64,000 bases of DNA. Origin: Vitrella brassicaformis CCMP3155. Its lineage: Eukaryota > Protista > Chromerida. Positions 24,643 to 36,628 of the stretch are shown one piece after another (position 1 is the first letter of the stretch; every line of letters starts with the position of its first letter). The stretch lies in NCBI GenBank assembly GCA_001179505.1, contig CDMY01000273.1, positions 76,567 through 140,566 of the forward strand, given 5' to 3'. Made by a program: the position numbers and the translations under genes. Under the pieces are notes generated by a model, which saw only the letters and a program-made list of their open reading frames with translations, did not search any database and was not told the DNA's origin.

Positions 24643-26601
24643 ATGAACATGGGGACTCCGAGTCCCAGGAGCCCTGGTAGCGGGCGTAAGGCTGCCAAGG
24701 AGCAGCCGCCAACGCCCCTCATGCACTTGCTGCCCCACATAACGATGTCATGTCTGGAGCGACATGCCGCCGGCAGACCAGCCAAGCTCTCTGACATGTG
24801 CGTCCCTGTGGGCTGCGTGGACACATGCTTGCACGCCCGCATCACAACACATCCTGTCTGTGTGTGTGCAGGTGCCGAAGAAAGCTGTCCCAGTCATTTC
24901 TCAAGTTCGGGGTGGAAATGGGGGAGCAGAGAAGGGACGGAGGGGCTGCATTGTGGTGCTTTGTGGCGTGTGTGTTGTGTGTTCAGGACATAGAGAAGCG
25001 CCTGCCTTTGCAGGACCTGCAGCAGATCTTCTCGGCAGTGCCACACGATGTGCCCGCAACCATGGCCATATCGAGGTGTGTGGGCCGCACTGCCGCATAC
25101 ATACATGCGTCAGACAGCAGAAGCATTGCAATGATGTTTTTCTGCCATCTCCAGAATCTGCAACGAAGACTACTTCAGGGAGAGGTGGGAAAGAATATGA
25201 TATGCCAAACTCACACACAACAGAACAGGGGCAGTCAGCTCTCCATTCCTTGATGCTGATCCAGATCCAAGGCGACTTTCCCTCTGCGCTCCCTCTCAGT
25301 CGTCGACCACGGCAAGTAAGAAAGCAGCCCTTCACTCAACACACCGCTTCAGAGTCTCTTCCCTCATCTAGCCGTCTGTCTGTCTGTCTGTCTGTCTATC
25401 TCTGTGTCTCCCTGTAGCTCGTGGAAGCAACTGTTCCTGGAGCTGACCCTCCAGCAGGAGCTGGAGAACATGGGCAAGCCCGACTGGCCCAGCAACGTGG
25501 ACATCAAAGAGCTCACCACCCTCTGCCGCGCATTCGTCTTCTCCCTCTCCCTGAACCTCCAAAGAGGCGCCAAGGAGACCCACGCAAAAGTGGTCGAGGT
25601 CATCGACTCCCTGCCAAACCTCTGCAGGATCACCCTGAGGTGTGCGGACGACAACATGAGTGCGACGCCCAGCAGGGAGCTAGGGGTGGGCGGGCTGACC
25701 CTGCCCTTTGCGCGGAGCCTGGCGGTGTCGATGCGGCGGCTGCAGATGCTGACGTCGGTAAATCTGTCGTCGAACCTTATCAATGATCGGATTGTGAGGG
25801 TCCTCTGCAAAGGTGGGTGGGCGCGTTGTGGGGGGGTGGGTGCGGTGGGTCCGCCATCCGCGTGTGTGCGTTATGCGTGTGTTGGTTCAGGTTTTGAGGG
25901 CATCTGCACGCTGAGGGACCTTGACCTAGCACACAACAAGATCTCTGACCGGGTAGGCGGGCGCGATGATTTCCAGGCCATTCCTCTCTGAACCACATCT
26001 CTCTCTGTCTCTGCCTCTCTCTCTGGCAATGCAGGGCGCCCACTATGTGGCCCAGATGCTAGACGAGTCCACCACCCTCAGCACCCTCTCTCTCCGCGAC
26101 AACCTCCTCCACGACAACGGCCTTCTCAAACTAGGCGCCACCCTCGAGCACAACAACTCCCTCCAGCGGCTCGACGTCTCCCTCAACAGAGTCGGCGACA
26201 CCGGCGCGTCGGCCATGTTCAAAGACCTGAGGAAGAACACATCGCTCACACACCTTTCCCTCTCGTCCAATGCCATCACGGAGGCATCGGAAGCCGCGCT
26301 GGAGCTGTTGCTGAGGGAGAACAGGACACTGGAGCACCTGGACCTGAGCGGCAACGGCGTGGCTGTGCCGGAGGGCGTCCCGACGCAGTGCAAGATCGAT
26401 GTCAGGCGGTGTCTCGTGGTGCCTAGCGAGGAGGAGGGAGGGGAGATGCAACAAGAGGGGAATGGGATGATTGTGGCCGCTGAAGACGCTGATGCCCCTG
26501 ATGCCGAATCTGCTGGTGGTGGTACTGGTGCTGTTGAGGATGCAGCGGTTGACACTGAGACAGTGGTTGCAGGTGGGGCCGCTGGCGGTGGGAGTGCGTG
26601 A
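24643..26601 (+). CDS. DRC5: Dynein regulatory complex subunit 5 / TCTE1-like leucine-rich repeat protein
   Basis: SWKQLFLELTLQQELE motif followed by RNI-type LRRs (LTSVNLSSNLINDR, LRDLDLAHNKISDRGA, LSTLSLRDNLL, LQRLDVSLNRVGDTG, LEHLDLSGN). Confidence 0.75.
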
Positions 26602-27062
26602 TGTGTGTGCGTGGAGTGGACGGGGGGAGGGAGGGAGGGAGGGCTGTGGGGGGGATGCGGGCGAGCGCTTGGTTGGTTCTTCCATCTGTTTCGCCATCCA
26701 TCTGTTGCATTTGCATTTGTCTCTCCATCGACCGGTGGGTAGATAGGGGAACGATAAAAAGGCCGCTCCATTGGCACTCAGTCTGAGCTGACTGACTTGA
26801 CTGCATGCATGTCGTCCACATCCATCCATCTATCCATCCATGCCTTGACTAACAAACAGACGTGTGCTCTTCTCTTCTATCTCTGTCCAGCAAATGCCTG
26901 CCACTCAGCCAGCCGTTGGATCTATCTATCCATCTATCTAGCAGCCACCGAGCCCGCCGCCATGAGCATACACACATCAAATACCCATGTGATATCCCAT
27001 TCTGCAGCACAGCCGTGATCCCATCTTTGCAGACAGCCTCAGAGCGCCAAGACAGCACAGCC

Positions 27063-29464
27063 TCAGAGGGCGAACGCAACGTCCTGAAAGAAAGAAGGAA
27101 AGACACACAGATGTGCTGTCCAGCATGACATGACATCGCCTGTGTCTCGTGGTGCGTGTGTTCTCTTGCTGACCAGCTCGGCACTCTCCGCTAGTTCGAT
27201 GATCTCGGCCATCTTGACGGCCTTGCTGGCGCTCTCGCTCAGGTCCGTCGAAAACAACATCTTCAGACCTGACTCGTCGATCAGCTGCATAGACACACAC
27301 ACACACACATCCCACATCACACATGAGGAAAGACAGACAGGCAGGAAGCAAGGGGCGGCACGTCTCGTACCTTCTTGGCTTGTTCCTGGTTGGTGCCTTC
27401 GAGTCTGACGACCAGCGGTTTGGACAGACCGATCTCCTGTGACGCGTGGATCACGCCCAGCGCGATCGTGTCACATCTGATGCAGTCATTATATCATTAT
27501 ATCCACAGACATCCATCACGCGATTACAGACAGACACGTGTGGGTGAACGGATAATCGTGTACACCTCATGATGCCGCCAAATATGTTGACGAGTATGGC
27601 CTTGACTTTGGGGTCGTTTTGGAGGATGCGGAAGGCCTCCACCACCTGGGTCTTGGACGCACCCCCACCAACGTCCAGGAAATTCGCCGGCGAGCCGCCG
27701 TTCTGATCAACACACACATCGACACGCACACACACGGAGGCGTGGACACAGGCGCGCGAGCCTACCAGTTTGATGATGTCCATTGTGGCCATCGCGAGAC
27801 CCGCGCCGTTGACCATGCAGCCTACGACACACCACAGCCAGGAAGGCCATGGGTGCACCAGACTTGTATGCATTTGACTGACGACTGAACTGACCGATGT
27901 TGCCATCCAGGCCGACATAGTTGAGGTCAAACCGGGCCGCCTGCACCTCACGGGGGTCCTCCTGCACACCAACACCAACACCAACACACCAACAATGAGG
28001 CAGGCGCATTTTCCTTTCACCCACACATGGATGGGCGCGACAGGCAGGCCTACACACAGGTGTGGTGGGTAGGTACCTGAGTGGTGTCCCTCATTTCGAA
28101 GATGTCTTCGTGTCTGAACTCGGCGTTGTCGTCGAAGTTGACTTTGGCGTCGCACACCATGACCCGGCCGTCGTGCGTTTCCGCGAACGGGTTGATCTCC
28201 ACCAGCGTGCAGTCCTTGTCGATGAACATCTTGTACAGACCCATGATGCACTGACGGCATCATGACGTGACGTACACACCCACACGTAGGGATGGACGGA
28301 TGGATTGATGGGTGCGTCCGTCCGTCCGTTCGCCCGTACCTGTGCGGCCTGGTCGACCCTGTCACCTTCGAAGGCCAGCTTCTCGGCGAACTCCCGTGCC
28401 TGCGCCTCGCTCAGACCAACAGTAATGTCAATCGGCATCTTGACAATCGCTGTAGGATCCTGGCAACACACACAGACACACCACATCACATCACATCACA
28501 CGGATGCTTCTATCTATCCATCTGTTTGTCCGTGTGAGTGCGCGTGGTGACCTTGGCGGCGATGTCTTCGATGCTGGTGCCGCCGACAGCGCTGCCGATC
28601 ATCAGGGGGCCGCCAGATGACCGATCCATCAATATCGCAAAATACTTCTCCCGACGCAAATCTGAACCATTAATGACGCACGCAGGCAGGAAGGGAGGCA
28701 GGCAGGCAGGAAGGGAGGGACGGAGGCAGGAATACACACAACACACCCAACCACTCTGCTTCCCTTCGCTTCCTTTCGTTGTGGCTCACAGAGTCGTTCG
28801 CAGACGAAGATGGCGTTGCAGGGCTTGCCGGCCTCGCCCGTCTGCTTGGTCACCAGCGTGTTACCCAGCATCTTCTTGGCGATCTCCTTCACCTGCAACA
28901 CCCCCACCCACAAACACGCCCACCAGTCATTAAATCAATCAGCCTTTCTGTCTGTCTGTCTGTCTGTTCTGTTCTTGCCTTTGAGGGTGACTGGCATTGG
29001 TGGACGCCCCCCTGGAACCCATTCTCCTTAAAATACCCCAACCCACGGCCGCCTGCCAACACCTGTGCAACGCAGCAGCCAGGCAGACAGGCAGGCAGTC
29101 ACTCACACGATGGATGGAAACTCTTTCGTCGTGTGAGTGACCTGTGCTTTGACGACGAAATCAATGTCGCCCTGCTCGGCCTGCAATGCCGACGCGGCCG
29201 CCTCGGCCTCGCGACCCGTGAAAGCAGGCAGACCCTGGCAGAACACACACACACACACAAACACGCTCGCCAAATACCTCTGACTGCTGCCATGAGTGAT
29301 GTGTTGTGTAGTGTTTCCTTTCATACCTTTGGTGTGTGTACGTGGTAGGACTGCATGACCTGTACGCTCTGGTACTCGTGCAGGTTGAGCCATCTCTTCT
29401 GGAGGGCGGGGAAGCCCCGAGCACACAGAGCCCCGATCGCACGGCGCGGAGTGAACGCAAGCAT
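27063..29464 (-). CDS. sucC: Succinyl-CoA ligase beta subunit, mitochondrial
   Basis: Presequence [11 protein letters not shown].., then [79 protein letters not shown] and [24 protein letters not shown]. Confidence 0.97.
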
Positions 29465-29613
29465 ACTCGATGACTCGCAGCCTGCTCGGAGCGTCCTCCT
29501 CTCTTCCCAGAGCCTCAAGTGAGCGCTGAACTTCCGACGTCTGCGAGCTTAGCTTGCGGGAGGGAAGGGAAAAGGAGGCACATCTCGTGTGTGTGACTCC
29601 CCTACTGCCGGAG

Positions 29614-30328
29614 ATGCCTCCTCCGTTGCAAGGGCCGTTCAAGTTCAAAGCGCCGTTGCCCGTCAGGTATGCTTTCAAGAGGACAATGCAGGTCTTATCT
29701 GTTCCCTCCACACGGTGGCCCTCCCTGTGTTATGCTGTGTGTGTCAGGTTCAAGGTCGGCAGAACCAAGATCAACCCACAAAAGGCAAGCAAAGTACCCA
29801 GCACACCGTGCAGCCAGAGAGGAGAGACACCCACTCTCTCTGTGCTGCGTATGTGTGCAGGAGCCCGACATTCGTATGGGCAAGAGTTTCGTGCTGGCGA
29901 TGCCGACACGGGTGCGTGCTGTCCAGCTGGAGAAGGCGCAACTGCTGCTGCGGCAGAAGCTCGGCAAGGGCAAGGAGTTCCACATGGACGTGCACGCCAC
30001 GTACGCCACCACCAAGAAGCCCGACGGCTGCAAGATGGGCAACGGCAAGGGCAACATCAACGACTTCGTCGCGCGTGTCCCCGCCGGCAAGGTCGTGATG
30101 CACATCCCCACCATCAGCCCGTTCGCAGAGTTCATGCCGCAGCAGCCCATCTACAGGGGATTCCGCGTGATAGCGGGCAAGCTGCCTGTGCCGGTGCGGT
30201 TTCGGTCGCAGAACAACATCTTCCCGATGGACAGGATTGACCTGCAGATGAGCCCCGCTGAGGTGGCGCGGCAGGGGCAGGCGGAGAAGCCGCCGAGGCT
30301 GTCACATGCACGAAGGGCTGCGGCGTAG
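29614..30328 (+). CDS. rpl16: Ribosomal protein uL16, probably mitochondrial (3 exons)
   Basis: uL16 signature ATYATTKKPDGCKMGNGKGNINDFVARVPAGKVVMHI and AGKLPVPVRF; no signal peptide seen. Confidence 0.85.
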
Positions 30329-30678
30329 TGCTGTTTGGTGTGTTTGACGGATGAGTCCTTTGGCCACTGTACAGTAGTGCCTGAGTGGGTCGTGGACTAT
30401 TATTGATCGATCCATCAATCGACTTGTGTATTTCAAGTGTTGGTGTTGCAATGCATCCATCACGTATTAATGACGAAAGGTCTGTGTATCGTATGTGTGT
30501 CATTGACACACTCACTCATTGAAAAGTTTGCACGCCTGCCTGCCTGCCTGCCTCAGTCAGTTCCAGCAGCTAGCAACGCAATACATCCACGCCCCGACAC
30601 GCCCAACAAAGATCCATCCTTCACACCACGTATTGCAATCAAGCAAAGCACGTAGCGCAGCCGTCTGCGTCTGTCTCG

Positions 30679-31426
30679 CTAGACCTCCAGGACGACCTTG
30701 ATGTGTGTCGTCGGCCGCCTGTACACCGACGCCCGCCCGCGGGACTGAAAGTGTACCCGCTTCCTGTAAGGCCCTCGGTTGGCAAGCACCGTGAAGATCC
30801 TGGGCTTGACGCTGTTGGCACCGTACTTCTGCCTGGCGTTGGCGAGCGCAGACTTGATGCACTTGTACACCTGCTTGGCGGGTTTCCGCGGCGACCACTC
30901 CAGGATGGCCAGCGCCTCAAGCAGAGGCTTCCCCTTGATCTCCGACAGCGTCCTTAGCGTCTTGATGGTGGACAGCCGCAGAAACCTCGCCTCGGCGGTC
31001 ACCAGGCGCTTGCCGGCGATCTTCTGCGGGTCGGGCCGGTTCGCCCAGACGGACTTCTGCTTGCCGACATGTGTGACGGTCAGGGGATGCTGCGAAAGGG
31101 ACGACTGGGTTGGGGAGTGGGAAGGGGAGAGGGGAGATCTGTCGAGGGCATTGCTGTTGAGCCGCTGCCTCAGTAGGGGGACGGGCGAAACGAAGCCTGC
31201 ATCAACACAAAGAGTGAGGGACAGGTTACATGTATGGCTTGTAGTGCTGCATGGGGGTTGGCCATAGCACCACTCACTCGTGTGATCAGGCGTGATGGCA
31301 AAGCATCGAAAGGCATCTGCACCAGGCAGGCATAAACCAGCGCAAACGTCTGAGCAGTGCACGTGTTGCGTGCCTTGCTGTCAGCGTACCTGCAGCGAAC
31401 ACAGCCACAAGCGCCAGCACCTTCAT
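30679..31426 (-). CDS. rpl22: Ribosomal protein uL22, probably plastid-targeted
   Basis: AEARFLRLSTIK..IKGKPLLEALAIL..SALANA..RGPYRKRVHFQSRGRASVYRRPTTHIKVVL; spliced N-terminus MKVLALVAVFAADAF.. plus an S/P-rich transit-like peptide. Confidence 0.88.
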
Positions 31427-31608
31427 CTCGCCCTGAGCGCGACAAACACACAGATCACGATTGGTTCTGCGTCAGGCTCGTCCATCCATCTCTTGCCAAA
31501 GCCCTACCGTCATCGCCTTTTCTTCATCCAGACCACCTGCGAGCCTAACAACATCGTTTCACACCGCCTGTGCCCTAAGCTCCCTTTACCTTGTAAACAT
31601 CGGCGGAA

Positions 31609-34600
31609 ATGGTGCTGGTTATCTCATTCCTCTTTGCCTTGGCGTGTGGATTGGTGGCCGCTGATCCATCCCCGAGGGAAAGGGTGGTCAATCTCGTCAC
31701 CGAGCTGAAAGAACGCATCGTGGAGGACCGCAGCAACGAACAAAAGGTACGACCTATACAGATGGAGAAGATGTGCAGCCATGGCGGCCACAGGTGTATG
31801 ACAAGTACGCCTGCTGGTGCGAGAAGACGCTCAAGAGGAAGGCCGACACCATCCATGCTGCAAAGTATAGTCAGCACATAGATCACCCGCGCGGGAATTC
31901 GTCGGTATCTCTTTTTCCTTGTCAGGGAGGAGATCGCCGCATTGCAGCACCAGGTGCTGGAGACCAAGAGCCGGCTGGCAGTCCTTGCCGCGGAGATCCA
32001 AACTACCAAACAGGTAATAGGAAGGGCAATGAATCTGTGTGATCTGCGTTACCGGGATGTCAGGAGATGACAGAGATTGCCAATTCTCGGGAGGACGCGA
32101 CAGCCCTACGCAAGAGGGAGAGCGAGGAATATATGCAGGAGCAGGCTGGTACTGCAACAAATGTCACAGCAGATTGGCCGTCATCTTTTTCATTGGTTCT
32201 CCGTTTCCCCCACGTCAGAGCTCAACGAGGCCATCGCAGCGCTGGGCAAGGCAATAGAGGTGCTGGGAGGAGTACAAAGAAAACCCCAGCAAGCAGAGCA
32301 GGAGACGGCGTTCCTCGCCACCCTACCAGGTGCGCAATAGCTCACAGACGCTCACCCATGTATCATCAACAGCATCATTTCATGTTGTTGTGGTCGTCAT
32401 TTATCAGCCATCCGTCACGCGCTGCAGCTGCCCGCCGCAAAAGAGATGTCCAGCGCCAAGCTGCAGCTACTCAGCTCCTTCCTCGCCTCAACTATAACAG
32501 GAGTAAGACTGCCTCCTTTTGTCTATCTGCACTCATTGTCATGTGCATGTGTATTGGCGTTTCCGCGCCACATGATCAGCCAATCGCCAACATTTGGGGA
32601 TTCTGGCCCGCAGTCATCGACCATCTTGGGCATCCTCAAAAGCATGGACGACACTTTCAAGGGAAACCTCGTTAGGCTAGAAAAGGTGAGTAAAAGGCAT
32701 TTACTGAAGCCATGGGCCTCGGAAAATCCCTCCCTGCGTGTCTGTCGGCCTGTGCAGCAAGAAAAAGCCAAGCAGGAGCAGTACAAGGTCTTCCTGCAGG
32801 ACACATCTAACCAGCTTAAAAGCCTTGAAGAGGCCCTGGCCGCAAAGGAGGGAGAACAAGCCGACAAGATGAAAGCAGAGGTGAGGAAGACCTCGATAAC
32901 AAACACCCAAGTAGACCCATGGATTGCCCTGTTGCTACAGGCCGAGAGCAAATCTCAGCTCGCCGATACAGTGGAGCAGCGAGACAGCGGTAAAATCCAA
33001 CACACACCTACACACACACACACACACACACACATACACATTTGATGAAGCTACGTGTGTCTCCCTCTTCAGATGAGGCGTTCTTCGCAGACGCTGCTGC
33101 CGGCTGCAAAAACAAAGCGGACGAATGGCACGGTAAGCGGCGGGATGTGCGGCTCGGTTGACGTTGACGTTGGCTCTCGCCTGTGGGTGTCAGCTCGGGA
33201 GCAGATGCGTGACGATGAGCTAAGTGGCATCCAAAAAGCCCTGGACTTCCTCGCCTCAGATGAGGCACAGCAGCTCTTCCTCAGGTAAGACGGCCGCTTA
33301 CGCGTCACCGGTGAGACAGGATTGCATGTAACGCCTTCTGGTCAGGATCGGCAAGCGACAAGCGCCGGAGCTGCTGCAGGTGTCGGCGCACATCCGTCGT
33401 CACCACACCGCTACCAAGGCGCAGCACATGTGGGCCCTCAACCAGCTCCGCAACGTGGCAAGGAAGGCGCACAGCCCCCAGCTGGCGCTTCTAGCCCTCC
33501 AGTTGTTGTGCGTTGCCCTCCTTCTTCAGCAAGGTCGTTTCGAGAAGGTGCTCAAGGCCATCAACAAGACACTCAAACATCTGAAGGTCAGAGGATTGGA
33601 CAAATGCGACTTTTACCGCTATTCATGTGTGTCTCTGATCGATATTCAGGACGAGGCGCAGCAGGACATCAAACAGCGAGACTGGTGAGGCACCAAGGAA
33701 GGAAGGATGGACACCCCGATCGTTTGGGCATTGTGATGCAGGTGTATAGAGGAGCTGCACCAGACGAAACTGAGCCTTGAAGAGCTGTCACACGCATACA
33801 CCATCCAGTCGTCGAAGATTGACAAGCTGTCCGCCAAGTCCAACAAGCTGGCGCACGACATGCAGAAGACACACGAGGTCGCAAAAAGAAACGAAATGAG
33901 GTCCTTGCAGACATGCCTTTTCCCTTTTCCCCTTTGCAGGAGCTTGAGCAGGTGAATGCGACGATCAGTACTGCACATGACGATCGCAATTCTGCCGCAG
34001 CGGCATACAACCAGAGCAGAACTGGTATGGAAGAAGAAGACCGCATGATGCATGTCTCTCATTTCATCGACTCATCCGTCGCGGTTTGCTCTTTCAGCCA
34101 ACTTGGCTGCCGTGGAGCTGCTCGGCCACACCATTTCAGAACTGCAGGCCTTCTTCAAGAGCGGCGAGGGCGATGTGCCCAGCCCGTCGACAGCGCTGAT
34201 ACAGGTGGCATCGTGCCCCCTTCTGTCTAGTATCCATTCTCATCCCTCCCCCGCCTCTCTCTGTCTGTGTATGCGCGCGCGTGTGTGTGTCGCAGACCCA
34301 AAGCGTGGTCCCCAGACACAGATACTCCCCCCTTCGTCTTCTGCACCGCCACCGTCGGTCGAGTGCACTCCTCCGCCGCACACACAGCCACCGCTACGGT
34401 CACCGCAGGATCCTCGCGTCGAAAGACTACAAGTCTTCCCACAGCAGCAGCATCAGCAGCAGCCAGGAGCCCACATTCGATGTGGATCCTGACCAGGCAC
34501 CGGAGACGAAGTTCTCAGACACGAAATCCACAAAGGTACACATGCGGACAGATGGAGACACGGCAAACGAGAGAATGCATGAGGCCTTTGCACGCGTGTG

Positions 34601-35410
34601 GATGGATGTGTGGATTTGTTGATCCAGGGTCAGACGGACAGTGTGTTGGGCATGATTTCCTACGTCAAGGACAAGATTGAGAGCGACATCGAGGCGGAGG
34701 AGAAAGATGAGCAGGAGGCCATCGAGCAGTTTGGCAAGGTCATGGCCGACCTCAAGACCACCCAGCAGTCACTGCAAGCCAAATATGTGGAGCTCGAAGG
34801 CGCCAAAGGCAAGCCAACACAACCCAATCCACACTCACCACATTCACCTCCTCCCAGGTCTGTGTGTTTGTGTGTGTGGTTGTGCCGGTATGTATTGTCT
34901 GTGTTTGTGTCGTTGCAGCTGATGTCGACATGGATCTGGGGGAGACGCTTTCAGGCCGCAATACAACCAGCACCACACAAAGCGACACGGAGACACACAA
35001 GAACCAGATCAAACCTGGATGCGGTGAGTGCAGTGGACGAGGATGCGTGAATGCCCATCATTTCCTTCTGTGTCACATGTTGAATGAATGTCAGATTGGT
35101 TGATGGCCAGTTTCGACGCCCGAGCTCAGCATCGTGCCGAAGAAAGGGACGCGCTCACAAACGTAAGCACGCTGAATGATGTCCACAGCCGGCCCCCGCA
35201 AACGGAACGGGTGCATTTCTCTGTGGCTCACGCTAGGCAAAGTCGGTGTTGAAAGGCGCGTCGATGGGCAAGGCCCTCCTGCAGAACGACAGAGTGAGGA
35301 GCCAGGAAGGCCATCAAATGGATGCGGAGGACGGGGCGGACGACTCCCCGGTCGTAGTGGTGGAGGAGGTGATTGAAGAGGGGCCACTTCTCATCAGGGC
35401 TCAGCAATGA
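31609..35410 (+). CDS. Secreted long coiled-coil protein with two homologous halves (alveolate-type; possible extrusome matrix precursor)
   Basis: Signal peptide MVLVISFLFALACGLVAA; half 1 VYDKYACWC..SSTILGILKSM..GCKNKADEWHAREQMRDDELSGIQKAL; half 2 KQRDWC..DSVLGMISYV..GCDWLMASFDARAQHRAEERDALTNAKSVL; many in-frame exons. Confidence 0.75.
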
Positions 35411-35704
35411 CGGCCAGTGGTTGTGCGTGTATTCGACGGACTACTAGGGCAATGGCATTGGTCGATCACTGCCAGAGTGCTGTCTGTCAGCAGTCAGTGC
35501 CTGGTGGGTTGGCTGTGTTGCGTACCGTGAACCTGTGCATGTTCCGATCCAATGTCTCTATCGCACGAAGGTAAGCTGCGTCGAGACATCAATATTGATT
35601 CACGTCTCATATCGACACACACCAAGGCACACGTAGCCCAGCCAGCCGCACATAAACCACGCAGCATCTCCCTCTCCCTCTCCCTCTGTCCGCCCTACGT
35701 CACG

Positions 35705-36412
35705 TCAGCTTTCCACACTCTGATATATCCACCAGCACACCACTCTCAACGACGAGTACTGATTCGCCGACCCCATGTGCTGTGTCCTCGCATCAATCAC
35801 ACACGGCACGCCTTCTCGATAGCAGTACCACACCTCCTCCCTCTCCTCTTTCTCCTTTCGCCCCGCCGCCTCGTCCGCCCGGTGGTCCGTCACGTAGTCG
35901 AGGTGCGAGCCAAGCCTGATGCCCAATGGGCCCGTCGATCTGTCGAACGTGTCAAGCGACATCAACACGGTGAACTCTCCCGCGTCGCCGTCTGCGTGCC
36001 ACTCAATCTCTGAGCCACCAGGCAGAGTAAGTGAGAGGCCGGTCTCGGAGAGGACGAGCGTCCGTTCGCTGCCGAGAGCTGCCTGGAGGATGTCTGGGAT
36101 GCCTGCCGTCTGCATGAACTCCGCCATAGCCTCGTGCTGGGGCGACTCATCCGACAAGTGGACATTTTTCCTCAGCCGGCCGCACTCAGGCATCCGCACA
36201 ACGCCCAGGTCGTCGAGATCCAAATAGACATCGTCCTCAGCAGGCCGCCAGTGGCCCTCAATAGCAGTAATCAGACCACCAAGAGAGCGGCGCAGATCTA
36301 TCAGAGCGTCGTGTCCGACGACACTGGGCAGAATGACGACGCCGTGTTGCCGAAGCTTGTCCACACATTCTTCAACCTGAGGATGGAGTCCAGCCACCTC
36401 AAGCTGATCCAT
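35705..36412 (-). CDS. PhyH-family Fe(II)/2-oxoglutarate-dependent dioxygenase (single exon)
   Basis: LRQHGVVILPSVV N-terminal motif, WHAD (HxD), GPLGIRLGSH and distal His in DARTQHMGSAN..R. Confidence 0.8.
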   Translation of the reverse strand: MDQLEVAGLHPQVEECVDKLRQHGVVILPSVVGHDALIDLRRSLGGLITAIEGHWRPAEDDVYLDLDDLGVVRMPECGRLRKNVHLSDESPQHEAMAEFMQTAGIPDILQAALGSERTLVLSETGLSLTLPGGSEIEWHADGDAGEFTVLMSLDTFDRSTGPLGIRLGSHLDYVTDHRADEAAGRKEKEEREEVWYCYREGVPCVIDARTQHMGSANQYSSLRVVCWWIYQSVES

Positions 36413-36628
36413 CTCCCGAGATGTCGTGGCTTCTCGCCGCTGGCAACTCAGAGAAAGATCAATCCCGCTGGCGGTTTCTGGAGAGATCTGGAGCTCCTGG
36501 GAGACAGAACCACCCCTTCCTCTCTCCTTTCGTTGCTTGGCGCCTGGGCTGGCGCCAGCCGTCCTCTTTTCCCTCTCCAGTTCTGCGAGCTTGACATCTG
36601 CAAGCTTGATCTTTATGGTCACGTAAGG

